Assembly: GCA_964624855.1 (NCBI GenBank) | Contig: CAZUZW010000009.1 | Coordinates: forward strand, 2,921-66,920 | DNA: 64,000 bases | Source of the DNA: an uncultured Vicinamibacteraceae bacterium | GTDB taxonomy: Bacteria > Acidobacteriota > Vicinamibacteria > Vicinamibacterales > UBA8438 | Direction of reading: 5' to 3' | Shown here: piece by piece, positions 55,289 through 63,589 of the stretch | How the letters are laid out: every line of letters begins with the position of its first letter | Numbering within the stretch: the stretch's first letter is position 1 | Notes under the pieces: generated by a model | What the model was told of the DNA's origin: nothing | The model's input: the letters and a program-made list of their open reading frames with translations, nothing else | The model's database searches: none | Made by a program: the position numbers and the translations under genes

Positions 55289-55365
55289 TGGTAGGCACGG
55301 GCGGACTTGAACCGCCGACCTCCTGCATGTCAAGCAGGCGCTCTAACCAACTGAGCTACGCGCCT
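55289..55365 (-). tRNA. tRNA-Val (anticodon GAC), CCA encoded
   Basis: Minus strand reads AGGCGCGTAGCTCAGTTGGTTAGAGCGCCTGCTTGACATGCAGGAGGTCGGCGGTTCAAGTCCGCCCGTGCCTACCA. It has a 7-bp acceptor stem (one G-U), anticodon stem CCTGC/GCAGG with loop TTGACAT, and T-arm GGTTCAAGTCC. Confidence 0.9.
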
Positions 55366-55375
55366 ATACCCTGAA

Positions 55376-55404
55376 AACATAGCAGCGGAAATTTCGATCG
55401 TCAA
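55376..55404 (-). promoter_or_regulatory. Candidate sigma70-type promoter for tRNA-Val (and possibly thrS)
   Basis: On the minus strand: TTGACG (55404-55399), a 17-nt spacer, then TATGTT (55381-55376), ending 10 nt upstream of the tRNA 5' end. Confidence 0.35.
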
Positions 55405-55433
55405 CGCAAGGAGTTTATCTAACAACGGCTGTG

Positions 55434-56609
55434 TCAGAGAATCATTGAGCGAATGTGCTCAACTCCCTGCTCCAAAATAGGGTCACCAGGCGGCACAGGT
55501 TCGCCAAGTTCTACACTGGGTATTTCCACGGCAACGGTTGGTAAAATTCCAGCACGATGTATCGGGTCACCTGATGCTTTAAGGTAACGTGCCCACGATA
55601 GCCAGAGGCCAGTGCCATCTGGAAGTTTGATTAGTTTTTGAAGACTCGCTCGGCCCGCTGTTCGCTGGCCTACTGTATCGGCTCGTTCGGTTCCTGCCAG
55701 CCCGGCGACGAAAACTTCGGCAGCATGGGCGGTGCCAAAATTCGTAAGAAGCACCACGGGTACGTCGATGGGTTGGTCACCGCTTGCGGCTGTAATAGTC
55801 ACCTCTTCTTCCGAACCAGACTCAGTGCGGCGGAGGAGTGTACCGCTTTCTACAAAGAGTCGAGCAGTCGCAATAGCTTCGTCAAAGGACCCGCCTGATA
55901 TGTTTCGAACGTCAACAAGGAATGCGCGAGCTCCGTTCCTCAGTAGATTTGAAGCTGACGACGCGATTTCATCCGCTGCTCCTGCGCTGAATTGGTGCAC
56001 CCTGATATATCCGATGGTGTCATCTTGCATGCTGGTCTCAACAATAGAACTATTTGGTCGTTCAAGGGTTAACTCGATATCGTACGGCTCAGTCGTATTG
56101 CCCCGGATCAGTGACAAGCGGATGGGGTCTCCTGGTGGACCCAACAGTAGTTTTTTGCCTTCGATGATCGAGAGTCGTCGGGTCGTTTGTCCGTCAATTG
56201 TTCTGATAAAGTCGCCTGAAATCAGCCCCGCTCTTTCTGCTGGCGATCCAGGACGCACCGCGATGATCTGTAAGTAGTATTGGCTCGCGATATCGAGGCC
56301 GAGCTCTCCTGCTGGAATAGACTCGCCAGTTTCTATTGCCTGTACCTCAGCTGCCGACAGAAAAGCACTTTCTGAGTCGAGTCCGCCCGCAAGGCCACGT
56401 AGAGCGCCTTGAATGACGCCTTCAAGTTCAACTTCCTCGACATAGTTGTTAGTAATAAGTGAAACAACGTCTTCGAAGATGCGAAGGTGGCGGTATGTAT
56501 CTTCTCTGGCTACCGCTTGACCAAGAAAGCCTCCAACGAGCGTGAAGGCGACCAATGGAAGAGATACAAAAAGAATGACAAAACGAGCCCTTCGGTTCAT
56601 CTTGATCAT
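55434..56609 (-). CDS. S41 (C-terminal processing peptidase) homologue with PDZ domain; catalytic Ser/Lys positions substituted
   Basis: N-terminal anchor and PDZ (VRPGSPAERAGLISGDFIRTIDG). The S41 core aligns by eye (IGYIRVHQF, VDVRNISGG). However, GSASASE is replaced by GTAHAAE, and GKGSVQ by GRASLQ. Confidence 0.7.
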   Translation of the reverse strand: MIKMNRRARFVILFVSLPLVAFTLVGGFLGQAVAREDTYRHLRIFEDVVSLITNNYVEEVELEGVIQGALRGLAGGLDSESAFLSAAEVQAIETGESIPAGELGLDIASQYYLQIIAVRPGSPAERAGLISGDFIRTIDGQTTRRLSIIEGKKLLLGPPGDPIRLSLIRGNTTEPYDIELTLERPNSSIVETSMQDDTIGYIRVHQFSAGAADEIASSASNLLRNGARAFLVDVRNISGGSFDEAIATARLFVESGTLLRRTESGSEEEVTITAASGDQPIDVPVVLLTNFGTAHAAEVFVAGLAGTERADTVGQRTAGRASLQKLIKLPDGTGLWLSWARYLKASGDPIHRAGILPTVAVEIPSVELGEPVPPGDPILEQGVEHIRSMIL

Positions 56610-56621
56610 TATAGTAGATGA

Positions 56622-57095
56622 GTGCGTCTAATCGCTGTCGACGTCGGTGAACGTCGGATTGGTCTCGCGTTGAGTGACCCGACGGCCACTTTGGCTAGGC
56701 CGTTGAAGGTTCTGACGGTTTCCAGGCTCGAAAAGACAGAGCTGAAGGGTGTAATTGCCGTTGCAAAAGAGATTCTGACGCTCGAAAAAGAGGAGGACGA
56801 ACTGGCGGGCGTGGTTGTGGGATTACCCGTTTCGTTAGCGGGTCAAGCCCATAGTCAGACCCAGTATGTGTTACGTTTTGTTGAGAGTTTACGTAATTAC
56901 ACGGAACTGCCGATTTACCTTCAGGATGAAAGACTTTCGAGTCATGAAGCCGAAAGTCGTCTAGCGGAGCACGAGAGAGATTGGCGTCAGCGGAAAACTC
57001 GGCTTGACGCTGCATCGGCAGCCGTTATCCTTCAGGATTTCCTTGATAGTCAGTCTGATTTGACAACCAGTACCCGAGTTAAACAAGGCAGATAA
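56622..57095 (+). CDS. ruvX: Holliday junction resolvase-like protein RuvX/YqgF
   Basis: LIAVDVGERRIGLALSD opening motif. GTG start. Confidence 0.85.
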   Translation: MRLIAVDVGERRIGLALSDPTATLARPLKVLTVSRLEKTELKGVIAVAKEILTLEKEEDELAGVVVGLPVSLAGQAHSQTQYVLRFVESLRNYTELPIYLQDERLSSHEAESRLAEHERDWRQRKTRLDAASAAVILQDFLDSQSDLTTSTRVKQGR

Positions 57096-57097
57096 TT

Positions 57098-58153
57098 GTG
57101 CGTAAGTTGTTCATCGGAATGGCTGTTTTTATTACAGTGGCTGCTGTGTTCGCTGCCTTGGCTATCGACCAAAGCTTTACACGCACGGAATTGCCGTACC
57201 GAGCGTATGGAATCGACGGTGTGTTTGTTGATATTCAACCCGGCGAGTCATCAGGGGCCATAGCCAACAGCCTCGCCTCGGCCGGAGTGGTACGGGACGA
57301 ATGGACCTTTCGTCTGGCTGTGTGGCGGAGCGGGCTCGCGCGTGATCTGCAAGCCGGTGAGTATTACTTCAATGGTGAGTTGTCATCACGTCAGGTGGCG
57401 GACACGATTGCCAGTGGCCAGGTTTACTTGCGTCCGATCACATTTCCGGAAGGCTTGACCGTCAGCGAGATGGCCGACATTTTTAACATCCGAGGGTTCG
57501 GGGACCGTGAGGCTTTTCTTGAGGAGGTCCAAAGGGTCGAATTAATTAGTGATCTAGATTCAGACGCTAAGACGCTGGAAGGTTATCTTTTTCCGGAAAC
57601 TTACCTTTTGCCACGTGATGCGACGGCATCTGATCTTGTCGAGGCTATGGTTACACAGTTTCGCCAAACCTTCAGCGAAGCAGTACAGGAGGAAGCTTTT
57701 CGTCACGATTTCAGTGTGCGGGAAGTAGTTACTTTGGCATCACTGATTCAGAAGGAAACCGGCAGTGCCGGCGAATACCGCATAGTATCGGCTGTATACA
57801 ACAATCGTTTGCGGATCGGAATGGCTCTGCAGTGCGATCCGACGGTGATTTATGCCCTGCAACTCGATGGTCTGTATGACGGAAACTTGACGCGGGACAA
57901 CTTACAGCACGATTCGCCGTACAACACGTATCGTTACCCTGGGCTACCGCCAGGCCCGATTGCTGCACCCGGTTTGGGTGCCTTGAGCGCAGCAGTTGAT
58001 CCCGAAGATGTCTCTTACCTGTATTTCGTCAGTCGGAATGATGGGTCTCACGAGTTTGCGAACACTTTGCGAGAACACAATCGGAACGTCCAACGTTACC
58101 AAGTTGACTATTTTCGCGCGCGTCGAAGGTCGCAATCGACTGAGAGGAACTAA
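57098..58153 (+). CDS. mltG: Endolytic murein transglycosylase MltG (YceG family)
   Basis: N-terminal TM helix. LEGYLFPETY, ASLIQKE and YNTYRYPGLPPGPIAAPG motifs. Confidence 0.9.
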   Translation: MRKLFIGMAVFITVAAVFAALAIDQSFTRTELPYRAYGIDGVFVDIQPGESSGAIANSLASAGVVRDEWTFRLAVWRSGLARDLQAGEYYFNGELSSRQVADTIASGQVYLRPITFPEGLTVSEMADIFNIRGFGDREAFLEEVQRVELISDLDSDAKTLEGYLFPETYLLPRDATASDLVEAMVTQFRQTFSEAVQEEAFRHDFSVREVVTLASLIQKETGSAGEYRIVSAVYNNRLRIGMALQCDPTVIYALQLDGLYDGNLTRDNLQHDSPYNTYRYPGLPPGPIAAPGLGALSAAVDPEDVSYLYFVSRNDGSHEFANTLREHNRNVQRYQVDYFRARRRSQSTERN

Positions 58154-58187
58154 TTAATCGGATTGTGCCCCCGTCAATGCGGCGGTG

Positions 58188-59630
58188 CTAGCGGGTGTTT
58201 GTTGGTTGATCTTGCCGTATCCGATTTCCCCATTCGGGTACTTCAGTATAGAAAAGAGCAGTGGCTTCCACATCTTCGGCGACATTATTTGCAATGACGT
58301 TACGTGCTTTAGCGTGATCAACTTGCAATGGAATGCGGTCGAATAAAATACCACCGAATGCGAGATAGGCTGCCAGCAGAGTAAGTATTACGTTGAATGT
58401 TTGCCCCACTAGGTATAGCTGGATAGGCCGTCCTCCAGCGGCTTGTTGAGTTAGTTCGCGAAAGCGAGACTCTAGGCCGATACTCACGAAGGCAAGACAA
58501 AATAGCCATCCGCGGAGGCCTGATGTTAGGTCGAGTATTTTCTCCACCTGTGTATTCCCAAGGATTGGGATGAGTACAAACGAAAAAACGAGTGACGCCA
58601 ACACAAATCCAAGAATAAATTTTGGAAATCGATGCCAGATTTCCATAATGTTCGGCCGAGTGGTTTGTTCATTGGTTTCTACCCGAGTTACCCAAAAAAC
58701 TGCAATGAAAAAGGCAACTACACCAATAAGGGTGTTCTGGATCATTTTGACGACAGCTGCAATCTGCTCTGCCTGATCACCTAGTAAGTTGCCGGCCGCC
58801 ACCACCGCTCCGGTGGCGTCGACGGTTCCGCCAATCCATGCTGCACCGACGATGGGATCCATGCCGACCGCACGGATGCCCAACGGCATTACAATCATCA
58901 TTGCAACCGTAAAAATAAGTGACATTCCGACCGCTAGAGTCAGTTCTTCTTTCTTGGCCCTCGCGGCGGCGGCGGCGGCAATTGCCGCGGACACGCCACA
59001 GACTGAGGTTGCTGCTGCGATGACCATAACCAGTGATCGACTCTGGATTCGCAGTAGTCGTGTTCCAAATTGATACATAAAGATGATGACCGTGGGTGTG
59101 ACTACCCATGCGACGAAGAGACCGGGAAGCCCCAGAGTGAGAATGTTGCCAAAGAGAATTTCGGCACCTAAGAGCACTAGACCAGTCTTGATATATAGCT
59201 CAGTTCGAAGCGCCGATTTAATCCATCTAGGAGTTCCCATCGTATTTGCGATGATGAGGCCGATCACAAGTGCCCAAAATGCGTAGCCCAACCCAGCGGC
59301 TCTTATACCGACCTGTTGGGCAAAGGTATAGGCTGCAACTGCTAGAGCGAAGAGTCCGAAGAATCCCGCCACATGGTTTAGGGCGATTCCACCCATTACC
59401 TTGACAGCAGCCATGGTCAGCACGGCTAGTGACAGACCGAGCGCTAACACGCCTACGCCACGTCCGTCAGTGAATGCTTCAAATGGAGACTGGGACCAAC
59501 GGCCAATCTCAGGCACCTCAGTAACCAGTTGACTTGCGACTCCAAGCAGCAGCAGGCTGCCTAACCAGACCGCCCACCAGTCTTCAAGTGCAAGCAGCGC
59601 ATGACGAGAGCTTTCACGGTCCTTGGTCAT
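58188..59630 (-). CDS. YeiH/UPF0324-family membrane transporter (putative sulfate exporter family), with extra N- and C-terminal sequence
   Basis: The core aligns by eye with E. coli YeiH (IKTGLVLLG, AAATSVCGVSAAIAAA, IGGTVDATGAVVAAG, VKMIQNTLIG). 480 aa, versus about 350 aa for YeiH. Confidence 0.65.
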   Translation of the reverse strand: MTKDRESSRHALLALEDWWAVWLGSLLLLGVASQLVTEVPEIGRWSQSPFEAFTDGRGVGVLALGLSLAVLTMAAVKVMGGIALNHVAGFFGLFALAVAAYTFAQQVGIRAAGLGYAFWALVIGLIIANTMGTPRWIKSALRTELYIKTGLVLLGAEILFGNILTLGLPGLFVAWVVTPTVIIFMYQFGTRLLRIQSRSLVMVIAAATSVCGVSAAIAAAAAARAKKEELTLAVGMSLIFTVAMMIVMPLGIRAVGMDPIVGAAWIGGTVDATGAVVAAGNLLGDQAEQIAAVVKMIQNTLIGVVAFFIAVFWVTRVETNEQTTRPNIMEIWHRFPKFILGFVLASLVFSFVLIPILGNTQVEKILDLTSGLRGWLFCLAFVSIGLESRFRELTQQAAGGRPIQLYLVGQTFNVILTLLAAYLAFGGILFDRIPLQVDHAKARNVIANNVAEDVEATALFYTEVPEWGNRIRQDQPTNTR

Positions 59631-60069
59631 CGTTCAAGGTTGAGTTTAGTAGTAGATATTTGAAATCGGTTTAGATACAGGAGACATTCGATAACTGCCG
59701 CATAGGTCCGTGCGTTGTCTGCCACTGTCAGAATGGTTGTTGCCGGTGGGACTCTGCTGTGGTTCTAGCATTTCACTAAATTCTTGAGATTAGGTTCGGT
59801 TAACGTGACTCGGTACTGCTATCCGAACGAGCATATAATTCGAGGCATTCGATTGTTCTATACAGCGGCTCGACCGTGACTCGCTGATACTACACGAGAA
59901 ACTGTTAACCGCCTCACGAACGTCGACCAAATTAATGGACGGTCGTAAGTTTGTGACTGATTTATCTTGGTCGAGGAGTTCGTTGCGGTTGACTTGATAG
60001 GATTATTTTTTAGACATGATGTCCTGTCTTAGATCTGACTCTCCTGGAGCGACTAGATTGTTCGGTTTG

Positions 60070-61698
60070 ATGGCCATGACAAAGCGCTGTTTTTTGGGAA
60101 GCTGGGGTGGATTGTGCGTCGTTAGCATGTTGTGGGCGCTCGGATTGGTGGCACAGATTCGAACGCAAGAAGTGGTCGACGAAGTGCTGACGGCGGCGAT
60201 CGAAGAGTTCTGGATCGCCGAATCTGAAGAGCGCCGTTTGGACGCGATAGATACCATCATGACGCTGGACCAAGAATTCGAGGAAGTAGTTGCGGCGTTA
60301 CGGGTCCGCCGAGCCTATTTGCCGAGTGTCGCCACTGGGCGGCAACTCTTTTCACGGCGGAATCGAGATGGTCTTGAACACGCTTACGTGGTTCACGTTC
60401 CCGATAGTTACGACGCGATGCAATCCTATCCTGTCCGGGTGTATTTACACGGTGGTGTCATGCGGCCCCTTCGTGAAGGAGGGAACTGGTGGCGCAATCA
60501 AGATCCGTTCATAAGGCAGGATTCACTGGTGGTGTTTCCAGCTTCATGGCCGGATTCGATTTGGTGGCAGGATAGTCAGATTGAAAATCTGACGGGCATG
60601 CTGAATGACCTCAAGCGCGTCTACAACGTGGATGAGAATCGTGCCTATTTACTTGGTATGTCCGACGTGTCAACAGGAGGTTTTTACCAAGCTGTCAAAG
60701 CAACCACGCCATGGGCTGCGTTTCTTCCTTTTCATGGTCATCCTGGTGTGTTGGCTAATCCGAATTCTGATGTTGACGGGGAAATGCATGTTGCGAACCT
60801 CAAAAATAAGCCATTCCTGATCGTCAATGGAGGTCAGGACCGCCTTTATCCTTTAGACGCGGTGGGTCCTTTTGTCGATTTATTTGAAGGTGCTAATGTC
60901 GAAATTGATTTTCGAGGTCTTCCCCAAGCTGGACATAACATGGATTGGTGGCCTGATCTTTCTGCGAGCATTGATTCGTTTATTTTTGGAACGCCGCGTC
61001 AGCCTTTGCCTGACCAACTGACCTGGGAGAGTGAGAATACCGAGGAGTTTAATCGTGCTCACTGGCTGATCATTAAAGAATTAGGTTCTGTTGAGGGCGA
61101 GAGTCAGTTGGAACTCTTCAATACATTGACCCGGAGGGTCCCGGATGCCCAATTGGGTATCAGCACCGTTGGCGAGCTTGTTGACGGGTCTGGTCTTCAG
61201 CTGTTTGACGTCGGTGATGATTCGATCGTTTCTCAGGCAGGTATTCGTGCCGACGACATTGTTGTAGAGGTTGCCGGGCAGGCGATCTCGAGCCCGGATT
61301 CATTGCGGCAAGCACTTATCAATTTTACACCTGGTGACGAGCTACCGATTTCTGTGCGGCGTGACGTCGAGTTGCTGGACCTTACGTTGCGGTATCCGAC
61401 GACGTTTTTTACGCAGACGCGTTCCGCGTTCCGGCATGACGAGTTGTCAGGTCGAGTAGAGCTTCGCAGAGAGGGCAATGTTGTTATTGCAAAGACGCAG
61501 GGGGTGCGGCAATTTAATTTATTACTTTCTCCCGACCAGTTTGATTTGTCCCGATCGGTTCGAGTCGTAACGAATGGCGTGGTGTCCCACGATGCTCTTG
61601 TTGTACCTGACGTGGAGACCCTTTTACGTTGGGCTTCAGTCGATCAAGATCAGTCGCTTCTTTTTGGCGTTGAATTAGAGATTCGAGTGGGTTCGTAG
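60070..61698 (+). CDS. Secreted alpha/beta-hydrolase (esterase-like) protein with C-terminal PDZ domain
   Basis: The Met at 60070 gives a signal peptide. YVVHVPDSYDAMQSYPVRVYLHGG and LLGMSDVSTGGF resemble polymer-esterase-type hydrolases. PDZ-like GIRADDIVVEVAGQAISSPDSLRQAL. Confidence 0.55.
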   Translation: MAMTKRCFLGSWGGLCVVSMLWALGLVAQIRTQEVVDEVLTAAIEEFWIAESEERRLDAIDTIMTLDQEFEEVVAALRVRRAYLPSVATGRQLFSRRNRDGLEHAYVVHVPDSYDAMQSYPVRVYLHGGVMRPLREGGNWWRNQDPFIRQDSLVVFPASWPDSIWWQDSQIENLTGMLNDLKRVYNVDENRAYLLGMSDVSTGGFYQAVKATTPWAAFLPFHGHPGVLANPNSDVDGEMHVANLKNKPFLIVNGGQDRLYPLDAVGPFVDLFEGANVEIDFRGLPQAGHNMDWWPDLSASIDSFIFGTPRQPLPDQLTWESENTEEFNRAHWLIIKELGSVEGESQLELFNTLTRRVPDAQLGISTVGELVDGSGLQLFDVGDDSIVSQAGIRADDIVVEVAGQAISSPDSLRQALINFTPGDELPISVRRDVELLDLTLRYPTTFFTQTRSAFRHDELSGRVELRREGNVVIAKTQGVRQFNLLLSPDQFDLSRSVRVVTNGVVSHDALVVPDVETLLRWASVDQDQSLLFGVELEIRVGS

Positions 61699-61817
61699 GC
61701 GGGATGTGGATATTGATCAACTGAAGACGCTTTGTGATTGTTTTGAGTGTCTGCAGACGGAGCGTTTCAACTGTTTGGCTGTTGAGGAGCTCAATAAGAA
61801 GTAATGGGACACAGTTC

Positions 61818-62162
61818 ATGGCGAATTTGAAGAAGCTGTATACCGCACAAGGGATCGGCGATGCCCATGTAATGCGAGGACTCTTGGAGTCGGCTGGTAT
61901 CAATGCGGTGATTCGAGGGGACGGTGTCGTGCCGTTGCAGGGAGGTAATCTGATGCTTAACATTGAAGTGCGACCGTCTGTGTGGGTTCTTGAGGATGAT
62001 AAGTATTCACAAGCACGCGACATTGTTGCCGACTACGTGACCCGGCAGGGTGAGAATCCGGTGGAGCCTGTTTCGACATGGAACTGTTCTCGTTGTGGAG
62101 AGAGTGTTGAGCAACAGTTCAGTGAGTGTTGGAACTGCGGAACTAACCGATCGTCATCGTGA
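61818..62162 (+). CDS. DUF2007-like small protein with C-terminal zinc ribbon
   Basis: MANLKKLYTAQGIGDAHVMRGLLESAGINAVIRGD matches the putative signal-transducing DUF2007 pattern. CSRCG...CWNCG ribbon. Start at the internal ATG 61818. Confidence 0.6.
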   Translation: MANLKKLYTAQGIGDAHVMRGLLESAGINAVIRGDGVVPLQGGNLMLNIEVRPSVWVLEDDKYSQARDIVADYVTRQGENPVEPVSTWNCSRCGESVEQQFSECWNCGTNRSSS

Positions 62163-62251
62163 CGCCGAGTGATTCTGTTCGGATGCAGAGAAGTGTTTTG
62201 GGTTTTGAATGTGAGGACGCAGTGAGATCAAGAAAGCGAGACTGGTTTCGG

Positions 62252-63589
62252 ATGATGACCATGGGCGCGGTAATTGCGTGCCTGATTTTTTTGGCTAAGC
62301 AGTCTGTTGTCCAGGCGCAGACAGACGTCTTTCCTTTTCCTGTGAGTCTGACTGAATTCGAGAATGGATTGAAGGTTGTTGGCGTCGAGTATGACAGTCC
62401 AGGAATCGTCGCTTATTACACGATTGTCCGTACAGGATCACGCAACGAGGTCGAACAGGGTTTCTCTGGTTATGCCCACTTTTTTGAACACATGATGTTT
62501 CGAGGGACGGAGAAGTATCCCACTGATGCCTACAACGCTGCCATTAAACGAATGGGAGCCGACTCCAACGCTTTTACAACAGATGATTGGACTGCCTACC
62601 ACATTGTGGCGAGTTCGGATTCACTTGAGACCATTATTGAACTCGAATCAGATCGGTTCCTTAACCTGCAGTACTCGGAAGATGCGTTTCGAACAGAAGC
62701 AGGTGCAATTCTCGGCGAGTACAACCTTAATTTCTCTAACCCGGTCTCACTGCTTCGAGAACGGCTTTATGATCGAGCGTTTCTTCTGCATCCGTACAAG
62801 CACACGACAATTGGATTACTTGAAGATGTGCAGGACATGCCGAACCACTATGAATATAGTCTGGAGTTCTATGACCGGTACTATCGTCCGAACAATTCGT
62901 TCATTGTAGTAGTCGGTGATTTTGATTCGGATCAACTCCTTTCGCTGGTGGAGAAATACTATGGCAACTGGGGCACTGGTGACTTTGAACCCAATATTCC
63001 GGTAGAACCGCCTCAAACTCGCGAACGTACCGATGCTGTAACTTGGCCTAATCCGACTTTACCTTTTCTGATGCTTGGTTATCATGCTCCGCCGTTTTCA
63101 GACCAAGTTATCGATATGCCGGCGTTGGATGTGCTTTCTCAGTTACTTTTCGCTCAGACTTCTCGTTTGTATCAAAAGCTTTATCTTGAGGATCAGGTAG
63201 TTGACATTCTGACTGGTGGTGCCGTCGACCATCGTGATGCGCCGCTGTTCACTATTCTTGTGCGTGTTACCGATCCAGAAGAGATAGTTAGTGTGCGTAA
63301 TGCAATCATTTCTGAAATCGACCGATTGAAGGTTGACCCGATTGATGACGCAGAACTTGCTGCAACAAAGTCACACATGCGCTATGCCTTTGCTCGAGGA
63401 TTAGATAATCCGGCGAGTGTTGCCGAGACAATGGGCCATTATTTCCAGCTGACTCAGGATCTTGAAACGATTAACCGAGTGTATCGGCTTTACGATGCAG
63501 TGACCGCCGATGATATTCGAAGAGTTGCGACAACCTACTTCCCCGAGTCAAATCGGACTGTTGTGACCTTAACGCAAGAGGACGAATAG
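62252..63589 (+). CDS. M16-family (pitrilysin-like) zinc peptidase, active-type subunit
   Basis: HFFEHMMFRGT (HxxEH inverted zinc motif). The signal peptide begins at MMTMGAVIACLIFLA. The ORF opens at 62159. Confidence 0.85.
   Translation: MMTMGAVIACLIFLAKQSVVQAQTDVFPFPVSLTEFENGLKVVGVEYDSPGIVAYYTIVRTGSRNEVEQGFSGYAHFFEHMMFRGTEKYPTDAYNAAIKRMGADSNAFTTDDWTAYHIVASSDSLETIIELESDRFLNLQYSEDAFRTEAGAILGEYNLNFSNPVSLLRERLYDRAFLLHPYKHTTIGLLEDVQDMPNHYEYSLEFYDRYYRPNNSFIVVVGDFDSDQLLSLVEKYYGNWGTGDFEPNIPVEPPQTRERTDAVTWPNPTLPFLMLGYHAPPFSDQVIDMPALDVLSQLLFAQTSRLYQKLYLEDQVVDILTGGAVDHRDAPLFTILVRVTDPEEIVSVRNAIISEIDRLKVDPIDDAELAATKSHMRYAFARGLDNPASVAETMGHYFQLTQDLETINRVYRLYDAVTADDIRRVATTYFPESNRTVVTLTQEDE

Noticed and set aside
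55289-55365. tRNA-Val as a possible integration hotspot or genomic-island boundary
   Set aside because: There is no integrase, no direct repeat of the tRNA 3' end and no compositional break nearby. The flanking genes are core housekeeping genes.
55732-56277. 181-aa plus-strand ORF
   Set aside because: It is antisense to the S41-like gene, with no motif support.
61514-62023. 169-aa minus-strand ORF
   Set aside because: It overlaps the 3' end of the hydrolase-PDZ gene and the DUF2007 gene on the opposite strand. It shows no recognisable domain, and the flanking plus-strand genes explain the region.
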